34,501 bases of DNA from Candidatus Micrarchaeota archaeon. Its GTDB lineage: Archaea > Micrarchaeota > Micrarchaeia > Micrarchaeales > CABMGC01. Made by a program: the position numbers and the translations under genes. The stretch spans positions 1-34,501 of the forward strand of contig JASHTX010000020.1 in the NCBI GenBank assembly GCA_030040335.1. The letters run 5' to 3'. The notes under the pieces were generated by a model that saw nothing but the letters and a program-made list of their open reading frames with translations, was not told the DNA's origin and did no database searches. Below, in pieces: positions 24,860-32,251 of the stretch (the first letter of the stretch is position 1; each line of letters begins with the position of its first letter).

Positions 24860-26377
24860 ATGGAGGAAACGCAACTAAGCCATAGCGAGAAAGTTTACGG
24901 GTCGTACGAGCTTGACGCGCACGGGCTCAAGGTTGCGATAAGAATAGTGGACAAGGGCACTTTCGTACCCATATACGAGGTCACAGTGCCCGGACTGGGA
25001 GACGCTACAAAAGTGCTCCTGATATCGCTCAGGCAGGAGCTCCTTTCGATGGTACCCATAGACCCTTCGCGGGTCGAGGACAAGGATTACGTTGACGAGC
25101 TGACGCAGAAGTACATCGAGGCCTCGAACATAATCATAGACAGGTACCTGCCGGGCTCGTCAGCAGAGACGAAGCGCGTCCTCATCGCTTACATAGTCAG
25201 CTTCATGCTTGGACTCGGAGACCTGGAAGCACCGCTTGCAGACGACAACCTGGAGGAAGTTGCCGTTAATACTTCAAAGGAACCGATATGGGTCTTCCAC
25301 AAGCAATACGGATGGTGCAAGACGAACGTGACGCTGCTTGACGACAACGTGATATACGACGACGCGCAGCAGATCGGAAGGAGGATAGGGAGGCAGATCT
25401 CCAACCTTTCGCCCCTCATGGACGCAGAGCTTCCGGACGGCTCGCGAGTCAACGCTACGCTCTACCCGATATCACAGAAGGGCAACACGCTGACCATAAG
25501 AAAGTTCGGGAAGAACCCGTGGACCATGCCCGCCATGATCGCAAACGGCACGCTCTCCCCGGAGATCGGAGCGCTAATGTGGCTCGGAGTGGAGAACGAA
25601 GTCAGCTTCCTGATATCAGGAGGCACGGCGAGCGGAAAGACGAGTTTCCTAAATGCGATGAGCGTCTTCATACCTGCAAGCCGCAGGGTGATATCGGTGG
25701 AGCAGGACAGGGAACTGACGCTTCCGAACTTCCTTCACTGGGTGCCTATGCTTACGAGGCAGCCCAACCCAGAGGGCAAGGGAGAGATAACGCTCTACGA
25801 CCTGATGATCAACGCGCTGAGACAGAGGCCAGACGTGATGCTGGTTGGAGAGGTGAGAACCAAGAAAGACGCGGAAACGCTTTTCGAGGCGATACACACT
25901 GGTCACGCGGTGTACGGCACTGTGCACGCTGATAACGCGCAGGACACCATCGTCAGGATGACCAACCCGCCCATCGAGGTGCCGAAGCTCATGCTTAACG
26001 CATTCGGCGGGGTCATAAGCCTTTTCAGGCACAGGAGACTGGGGATAAGAAGAGTCCTTGAGGTAGGGGAGATGCTGAGCAGCGGAGACATAAACGTAGT
26101 CTACAGGTGGGACACGAGGAACGATACGTTCGCGCAGATAGCAGAGATTGCGAGGATGAGCGAGACGATAGCGCTCTTCGGAGGCTACACCAAGGACGAG
26201 CTTGCGAAGAACATAGAGGACAAGCAGATAGTGCTGAACTGGATGGTGAAATACAACGTCACAGGAGTGGACGATGCCGGATATGTCATCTCAAGCTATT
26301 ACAGGAATGCTGAGAAAATCCTCAAGATAGTGGGCGAAAACCAGCCCTACTCGAAGGAGCTCATAGAGAAAGTGTGA
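24860..26377 (+). CDS. type II/IV secretion system ATPase (FlaI/ArlI-PilB-TadA family)
   Basis: 505 aa. Motifs are Walker A SGGTASGKTSF (nt about 25619-25642), Asp-box-like ISVEQDRELTL, Walker B PDVMLVGEVR and His box HTGHAVYGTVHA. Confidence 0.93.
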   Translation: MEETQLSHSEKVYGSYELDAHGLKVAIRIVDKGTFVPIYEVTVPGLGDATKVLLISLRQELLSMVPIDPSRVEDKDYVDELTQKYIEASNIIIDRYLPGSSAETKRVLIAYIVSFMLGLGDLEAPLADDNLEEVAVNTSKEPIWVFHKQYGWCKTNVTLLDDNVIYDDAQQIGRRIGRQISNLSPLMDAELPDGSRVNATLYPISQKGNTLTIRKFGKNPWTMPAMIANGTLSPEIGALMWLGVENEVSFLISGGTASGKTSFLNAMSVFIPASRRVISVEQDRELTLPNFLHWVPMLTRQPNPEGKGEITLYDLMINALRQRPDVMLVGEVRTKKDAETLFEAIHTGHAVYGTVHADNAQDTIVRMTNPPIEVPKLMLNAFGGVISLFRHRRLGIRRVLEVGEMLSSGDINVVYRWDTRNDTFAQIAEIARMSETIALFGGYTKDELAKNIEDKQIVLNWMVKYNVTGVDDAGYVISSYYRNAEKILKIVGENQPYSKELIEKV

Positions 26378-27411
26378 ACGTGGAAGAGGCGCCAGACTAC
26401 GAGAAAATGGTAGATATTGTCGACTCCGTAGACCAGGCATCTGCAGAGACAACAATACCCATAGACGTCTCTGATGTTTTCCAGAACAGGATCGAAGTCA
26501 GGGAACTGAAGTACGAGGATGTAGAGCAAATACTCGAGAAGACAGACACGAGAAGATTTGAGGTGCCGCAGATTCAGGCCAGGCAAAGGATCCAACCCCA
26601 GCAGATGCAGCCAAAGGTACAGAGCACGCAGCCGAAAACCAGAATGCAGCCGCAGTTCCAAACGCCGCAGCCGCAGATGCGGGTCAGGGAAACACCACAG
26701 ATGCAGCCTCAGGCCCAGCCTTCCCAACCGCAGCCGCAGGCCGCGCAACAACAGCCTCGCATCGAGCCGCAGAAGCAGGAGACCGGGGAACAGCAGGTGA
26801 CGCAGCAGCCTCAGGCTAAGGCTCCGCAGATGCAGCCAAGGGCCAGGCCTATACTGCAGACTGCGGGTGAGATATTCGGTTCTGGAGGGGGCGCGAAGAG
26901 CACAGCGGGCGGCACCGGAGGGACCGAGTTGGAGAAAGGAGTGAAAGAGCAGATACCAGAGCACAAGCGCGAAGAAGAAGCAATAATGCAGGTGCAGCCT
27001 CAGGCGAGGGCTCCGCAGATGCAGCCCAGAACCAGAGCAACGAAACAGAATATCGGAAACGAGATGGCTGAAGCTGCCGGCAGGCTGAAGAACATGATGG
27101 GCGCGGCCGGAACAGAGTTCGAGAAGGGAGTGAAAAAGGAGATTGTTGAAACGAAAGTGGAAAAGCAGCAGACGGTGATGCCGAAGCTTTCCCTGCAGGA
27201 TCAGGTCTCGGATCTCGAGAAGATAGAGGAGGGCATCGGAGAAGACGCATTCGACGACGAGCAGATAGAAATAATAAAGCAGGAGATCAATGCGCTCAGC
27301 CTCGCAGCTTCAAAGGAGATGATGAGCAGGCTTAGCTGGGAGCAGAAGCAATTGGCTCTGCTGAGAAACCAAAAGATTAAAGAGATAAGACGTGCGTTGA
27401 ATATGAATTAA
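26374..27411 (+). CDS. Q/P-rich low-complexity repeat protein, no TM helix (hypothetical accessory protein)
   Basis: 345 aa. Its GTG start overlaps the ATPase stop (GTGA). An acidic N-terminus is followed by a Q/P-rich tract with five (P)QMQP-type motifs, an internal roughly 62-aa duplication and a helical acidic C-terminus. Confidence 0.75.
   Translation: MNVEEAPDYEKMVDIVDSVDQASAETTIPIDVSDVFQNRIEVRELKYEDVEQILEKTDTRRFEVPQIQARQRIQPQQMQPKVQSTQPKTRMQPQFQTPQPQMRVRETPQMQPQAQPSQPQPQAAQQQPRIEPQKQETGEQQVTQQPQAKAPQMQPRARPILQTAGEIFGSGGGAKSTAGGTGGTELEKGVKEQIPEHKREEEAIMQVQPQARAPQMQPRTRATKQNIGNEMAEAAGRLKNMMGAAGTEFEKGVKKEIVETKVEKQQTVMPKLSLQDQVSDLEKIEEGIGEDAFDDEQIEIIKQEINALSLAASKEMMSRLSWEQKQLALLRNQKIKEIRRALNMN
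26800..27159 (+). repeat. intragenic tandem duplication (two units of about 62 codons)
   Basis: Unit 1 reads QQPQAKAPQMQPRARP...GGTGGTELEKGVKEQI. Unit 2 reads VQPQARAPQMQPRTRA...MGAAGTEFEKGVKKEI. At the DNA level, cctcaggctaaggctccgcagatgcagcc matches cctcaggcgagggctccgcagatgcagcc. Boundaries are approximate. Confidence 0.7.
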
Positions 27412-27428
27412 CCGGGTCGTGTATTCAG

Positions 27429-28589
27429 ATGGGTTTGTTTGGAGGAAGTAAGCAGGCGGCAGACGACGGACAGCAGGGTGATATAATTGGCTTCACAAAG
27501 CCGAAAAAATTCCTGTTTTTCAAGATAAAGTCAAAGCCCATATATGAAAATGCAAAACAAAAGCAGGGGTCGGCACTGGCGCAGCAGCCCTCTCCGCACC
27601 CGCAGAAATCCTCATTCGCAGACAGGATGAAGAACCTGATTCCAAAGCCCAAATCAGCGCAGGCCAGGCAGATGGGCGGCACGACTCAGAGCGCAATGGT
27701 CATGGGACGCGGGAGCCAAGCCCCGGCCGCAGGAACTCAGCTTCCGCCGGGACTCGCAAGGAAGCCCACACAGATGGAGATATACTTCGCGACGGTGGCT
27801 GCGAGGCACAAGGAGCTCGGACCTGCCCTCAGGGCCCAGGGCATAAAGGAAAGCCCGACCGAGTTCGTCAGGAAGATGTTCATGAACGCCATGGTCATAA
27901 CCGTGATGATGACCATCGTGATGGGCATAGCGCTTTACTCGTATGGAGTAAGTGTGATACTTGCGTTGCTCTTCGGGGTGGCGCTCTTCTATGCATTCTT
28001 CAACAAGTTCATACAGTACCCGATAGACAGGAATGCGGTCGTGGGCAAGGAGATAGAGAAGGACATACTCTTCGCTACCAGAGACCTGGTCATAAGCATG
28101 AGATCCGGAATGCCTCTCTTCAACGCGATAACAGCAGTGAGCACAGGCTACGGGGCTGCAAGCCAGGAATTTGCGAAGATCGTCGAGCTGGTGCAGCTTG
28201 GAGCTCCTATAGAGCAGGCGATTGACGATGTCAGCGCTGCAAGCAGGTCCAAGACCTTCAAGAGGGTGATGCTGCAGACAACGGTCAGCCTCAAGGCCGG
28301 AGCCGACGTAGTGGGCGCACTGCAGGAGGTTGTCGACGAGGTCGCACAGGAGAGGGTCATTGAACTGAGGAGATATGGGCAGAGACTAAACGCGCTCGCC
28401 ATGTTCTACATGCTTTTCGGAGTCATATTTCCGAGCATGGGGATAGCTGTTGCGGCAATCCTCACAACATTCATCAGCATATTTACCGTCAACAACAGCA
28501 CGCTTCTTCTCGGTGCCGTATTCATCTTCTTCCTGCAGCTCATATTCCTGAACATGATGAAGTCGTCGAGGCCGACTTTCGCGATGTGA
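27429..28589 (+). CDS. T2SSF-domain platform protein (FlaJ/PilC/TadB-like), first half, with roughly 130-aa disordered N-terminal extension
   Basis: 386 aa. A Q/P/K-rich N-terminus precedes a TM helix. The cytoplasmic T2SSF-type helical domain (ILFATRDLVISMRSGMPLFNAITAVS...LVQLGAPIEQAIDDV...LKAGADVVGALQEV) is followed by C-terminal TM helices. Confidence 0.82.
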   Translation: MGLFGGSKQAADDGQQGDIIGFTKPKKFLFFKIKSKPIYENAKQKQGSALAQQPSPHPQKSSFADRMKNLIPKPKSAQARQMGGTTQSAMVMGRGSQAPAAGTQLPPGLARKPTQMEIYFATVAARHKELGPALRAQGIKESPTEFVRKMFMNAMVITVMMTIVMGIALYSYGVSVILALLFGVALFYAFFNKFIQYPIDRNAVVGKEIEKDILFATRDLVISMRSGMPLFNAITAVSTGYGAASQEFAKIVELVQLGAPIEQAIDDVSAASRSKTFKRVMLQTTVSLKAGADVVGALQEVVDEVAQERVIELRRYGQRLNALAMFYMLFGVIFPSMGIAVAAILTTFISIFTVNNSTLLLGAVFIFFLQLIFLNMMKSSRPTFAM

Positions 28590-28593
28590 TGTT

Positions 28594-29586
28594 ATGAAAA
28601 TAGAGATAGAAAGGCTCATGTCAAGGAACTTTTCAAACTTCCTAAACAGCGAGCTCATGCTTGCCGGCATGAAGATGACACTTGAAAAGCTAATCCAGAT
28701 AGGTTTCGTGGGCGGCATAGCGACGCTTGTCCTGACTCCTATTGTTCTTGTTCTGCTCTTCGGCCTCAGCATCCCGATTTCCTTGGGGATCGGGATTGCT
28801 GCCGCTGCTATCTTCGAGGTTTCGATATACGCTGCGATGGAGTTCAGGATAGAACAGAGGAAGGATTTCATCGAGACGCTGCTTCCAGACTACCTCCAGC
28901 TTGCCGCAGCGAACGTAAGAAGCGGAATAGCGATAGACAAGGCGATGATACTGGCCGCAAGGCCCGAGTTCGGATACTTCTCCGATGACGTGAAGGAGAT
29001 GAACAAGGAGCTTTACAGCGGAGTCACGCTCCAGGCGGCGCTCACCAACCTGGGGAAAAGGTACAGGTCGCTTCAGTTGTCGCACACCGTGAGGATGATG
29101 GTCGAAGGAATACAGTACGGCGGAGGGATGACCGACCTCCTGAACCAGATCTCCAAGGACATAAGGAACCAGCAGATGGTCCAGAAGGAGATATCTGGGC
29201 AGCTATTCATGTACACGATATTCATAGCGTTCGCCTGCCTCCTCGGCGCACCGGTGCTTTATGCCCTGACATCGCAGATGATCGGGGTCACGGATACGGT
29301 CTGGGCTGGGATATTGAAACAGAACCCAGGCGGGCTTCCGACAGTGGGCGTTTCTTTCCTAAGACCTACGCCGCCACAGATAACCATCGACGCCTACCAT
29401 GACTTCGCCATAGCTGCGGTGGTCATGATAACGGGTTTCGGCGCATTCATAGTGAGCGCGATCTCGACAGGCTCTGTCATCAGGGGCATACGGTACGTAC
29501 CCATATTCATAATCATAGGATTGGGCATATTCTTCCTGGTCTCCTCTGCGATAGGCAGCGAGTTCGGAAGCATCGGAGCCGCCTGA
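28594..29586 (+). CDS. T2SSF-domain platform protein (FlaJ/PilC/TadC-like), second half
   Basis: 330 aa. TM helices precede a T2SSF-type domain (LPDYLQLAAANVRSGIAIDKAMILAA...LYSGVTLQAALTNLGKRY...GIQYGGGMTDLLNQIS), followed by three C-terminal TM helices. Confidence 0.82.
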   Translation: MKIEIERLMSRNFSNFLNSELMLAGMKMTLEKLIQIGFVGGIATLVLTPIVLVLLFGLSIPISLGIGIAAAAIFEVSIYAAMEFRIEQRKDFIETLLPDYLQLAAANVRSGIAIDKAMILAARPEFGYFSDDVKEMNKELYSGVTLQAALTNLGKRYRSLQLSHTVRMMVEGIQYGGGMTDLLNQISKDIRNQQMVQKEISGQLFMYTIFIAFACLLGAPVLYALTSQMIGVTDTVWAGILKQNPGGLPTVGVSFLRPTPPQITIDAYHDFAIAAVVMITGFGAFIVSAISTGSVIRGIRYVPIFIIIGLGIFFLVSSAIGSEFGSIGAA

Positions 29587-29587
29587 G

Positions 29588-32251
29588 CTATGTATTTCCA
29601 AGCCCGAGAGCCTGCCACTCGTTCGCAACCGTTGAAATAGTGGATAGCCCAGGCGAATTGTAGTTTCCGGAGAAGTAAGGATAGATGACGTTGTTCGAGA
29701 GCCCATTATTGTTGTAGCCGCTATAGTCAGTTGCGTTACCGTTGAGCGGCCACCAGCCGACCAGGTTTGCGGTTAGAGGCAGCCCGGTTACGCCCTCGGA
29801 ATAGAGCGAATTGAAGGAAGCCTGGGAGAGGACTGAGCCGTAGACCTGTGCGTCGGCGATGTTGCCTGAGAAGTAATAGTTTGTGCCGAACGTCTTGCCT
29901 ATCTCAAAAGTGGTTGCCACATAGGTTATGGTCCCTGTCGTTGCTACGGGCGATCCGACCAGAGCTCCGTTCAGATAGAAGCGGACATTCGCGCCGTCGT
30001 AAGTTACACCAGCCAGATACCAGTTATTCAGAGGAAGCGCGGTGAATGCAGAGGAATCGGCGGTGACCTCGCTTGCACCGTTCCAGAACTGGAAAATAAG
30101 CTCAGTCCTACCACTCGAAAGCATAAGCCTGTACTGGTATGGGCTTGCGCTATCTTTTCCCAATATCTGCTGGTCAGTAGAGCCGCCAAAGGTATTTATC
30201 CAGGCCAGCAGGCTGATGGCGGTGCCGGTTACGTCCAGGGATGTGGTTTGCCCCGGTATGGAGATAAAGGAGGTCTGCCCGTTAAAGTCAGCTGTCTCCA
30301 GATAACCGTTCTGAGGCTCGAGTGGCATGTAACCCAGGTAAAGCTGCTGTATTGTGTTGCTGGCGCACTGCGCGTTAGTGTCGCAGGTAATCCCAGGAAG
30401 CGGAGAGACTGGTGTGGGAACCACATACGAAAATATGCTGTCGCGCGTGTAGTTGATAGGTGGTATGAAGTTCCCGTTTACGAGCGTAACGTTGTTGTTG
30501 TAGCCGCTGTAGTCATGGGCGTTGCCGTTCAGCGGCCACCAGCCTATGAGTCCGTTGTCGCTCAGCGGCAGGCCGGTTATGCCTTCCTGGAATAGCTTCT
30601 GCACCTGTGCCGGCGCTATGGAAGTGTTGTATATCTGCACATCGGAGATGAGACCATTGAAAGGCGCTCCGTTGCCGGGCTGTTCGCCGATAACTATGTT
30701 TGCCGGGCTGCTGTAGCTTATCGCGCTGGGGCCTAGTGTGTTGCCGATCAGGTTTCCATCCACATAGAGCAATAGCTGTTGTGTGCTGCTGTTGTACGTG
30801 CCGGTGAGCATGTGCCACGATCCGATCCCGATTGTGAACCTTGGAGTCCTGTAGGTCTGGCTTGCAGGCCCGCAGATCACGAAGTCGTAGCCATTCGGAG
30901 TAGCACCGTTCTCACTCTCAAGCGCATAGCCGCCGCTCGCGCAGTTGGTAGGCGTCATGCTCGTCGAGGTGACTATCTCACGGGTGGTGTCGCCGCTCAC
31001 CTTGTTGGAGTAGATCCACGCTGAGACTGTGACAGCGGAGGCGGGCGTAAGCACGTTGATCACGTTTACCGCCACCTTGTTGCCAGATACTCCCGGAAAA
31101 CTTCCTACCTGCAGATTGTACGTGCCGAAAGTGAATATGCCGCTCGGGGATTGCGACATCAGGCTGGCCTGGCCCCTCTGCAGATATGATGGCGTGTACG
31201 GGGAGGCGAAGTAGTAGTTGTTGATTACTGCGCTCCTCAGCCCTTCTATGTTTAGCGCATCCATTCCCGGCCCGTAGAGGAGCACGCTTGTGCCGCTCGG
31301 CAGGGTCTTGAGTATTCCGCTTGCATCGGTGTACCTGAGGAACGGAACCGTTGGGAGAGTCGAGGGAGCGTTGTAGGTTATGATTCCTGCAAAGTTATTC
31401 TCGCAGCCTTCGGTATCGAGACCCATGGCATTGAAGGTAACGAGAATTATGTTGCTGGAGTAAGGCTGCGCTGAAAAAGGCGAGGGGATGCTTGTGCACA
31501 ATGCCCCGCTGCTTTGGGAACTCGTCAATGAGAGTGTGGTACCATATGCATAATTCAGTATGTTTCCGGAAACGGCGTAGCCGGTGCCATCTAGGCTGGT
31601 TACGTTTGTAAGGTTGGCGAATTTCAAGGGCCTGAGGATGCCCTGCTGCGCGAAGAAGAGATCTGGCGTGTTGTTGAGCGGAAGGGAAACGTTAACAGGT
31701 ATGTTGTAGCTGTAGTGGTTCCCGCTGGCATTCAGGATTATGCGCTCGATGTAGGAAACCCTTATGTGATAGGGGTCGGTCTGGAATATATTTGGAGTCG
31801 TCTCATTGACGATTACATTCTGGCTCGCGAAGCCGATAAGCGATCCTATAGACTTGTTGTACTGCAGGAACGTCAGATTACCCATCGCGACCGGCGGATA
31901 GCCAGAAGTGTCGTTCGGCACGTTGCCGGTCATCATAAGGTCAGAGAGGTAAAGGCTGGTGTTTGTTATGAAATTGACCTTCCTGAGCGCAGGAACATAC
32001 TCGTAAGTGACCAGAGTTGTCATCGCCTTGCTAAGGCTTCCCTTGGCGAAATTGTTCGCGCTGAGTTTCAGGAGATTTCCGTAGTTGCTGGAGGCGGCAG
32101 AGACAGTCAGAGACTGGACAACGCTGTTGGAGTCTATGTTCAGAAGTGCAAATGCGAAGAGCTCTGCAAGCATCAGCATGAAGAGCAGAAGGGTCAGCAT
32201 GGTCATGAGCTGTCCCTTGCTCGAACCGCCAATAAGTTTCTTTAGCTCCAT
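29588..32251 (-). CDS. giant class III signal peptide (pilin-like) protein with two LamG-type modules
   Basis: 887 aa. The N-terminus is MELKKLIGGSSKG|QLMTMLTLLLFMLMLAELFAFALL. A roughly 340-aa sequon-rich module of unknown fold comes next. Two LamG cores end in ISDVQIYNTSIAPAQVQKLF and NIADAQVYGSVLSQASFNSLY, and each is followed by GWWPLNGNxxDYSGYNNN. Its start overlaps the upstream gene by 10 nt. Confidence 0.85.
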   Translation of the reverse strand: MELKKLIGGSSKGQLMTMLTLLLFMLMLAELFAFALLNIDSNSVVQSLTVSAASSNYGNLLKLSANNFAKGSLSKAMTTLVTYEYVPALRKVNFITNTSLYLSDLMMTGNVPNDTSGYPPVAMGNLTFLQYNKSIGSLIGFASQNVIVNETTPNIFQTDPYHIRVSYIERIILNASGNHYSYNIPVNVSLPLNNTPDLFFAQQGILRPLKFANLTNVTSLDGTGYAVSGNILNYAYGTTLSLTSSQSSGALCTSIPSPFSAQPYSSNIILVTFNAMGLDTEGCENNFAGIITYNAPSTLPTVPFLRYTDASGILKTLPSGTSVLLYGPGMDALNIEGLRSAVINNYYFASPYTPSYLQRGQASLMSQSPSGIFTFGTYNLQVGSFPGVSGNKVAVNVINVLTPASAVTVSAWIYSNKVSGDTTREIVTSTSMTPTNCASGGYALESENGATPNGYDFVICGPASQTYRTPRFTIGIGSWHMLTGTYNSSTQQLLLYVDGNLIGNTLGPSAISYSSPANIVIGEQPGNGAPFNGLISDVQIYNTSIAPAQVQKLFQEGITGLPLSDNGLIGWWPLNGNAHDYSGYNNNVTLVNGNFIPPINYTRDSIFSYVVPTPVSPLPGITCDTNAQCASNTIQQLYLGYMPLEPQNGYLETADFNGQTSFISIPGQTTSLDVTGTAISLLAWINTFGGSTDQQILGKDSASPYQYRLMLSSGRTELIFQFWNGASEVTADSSAFTALPLNNWYLAGVTYDGANVRFYLNGALVGSPVATTGTITYVATTFEIGKTFGTNYYFSGNIADAQVYGSVLSQASFNSLYSEGVTGLPLTANLVGWWPLNGNATDYSGYNNNGLSNNVIYPYFSGNYNSPGLSTISTVANEWQALGLGNT

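Noticed and set aside
26347-26964. 205-aa Leu/Arg-rich ORF on the minus strand
   Set aside because: It is the antisense shadow of the CAG/CCG-rich Q/P repeat region. It would also overlap the ATPase 3' end and has no start context.
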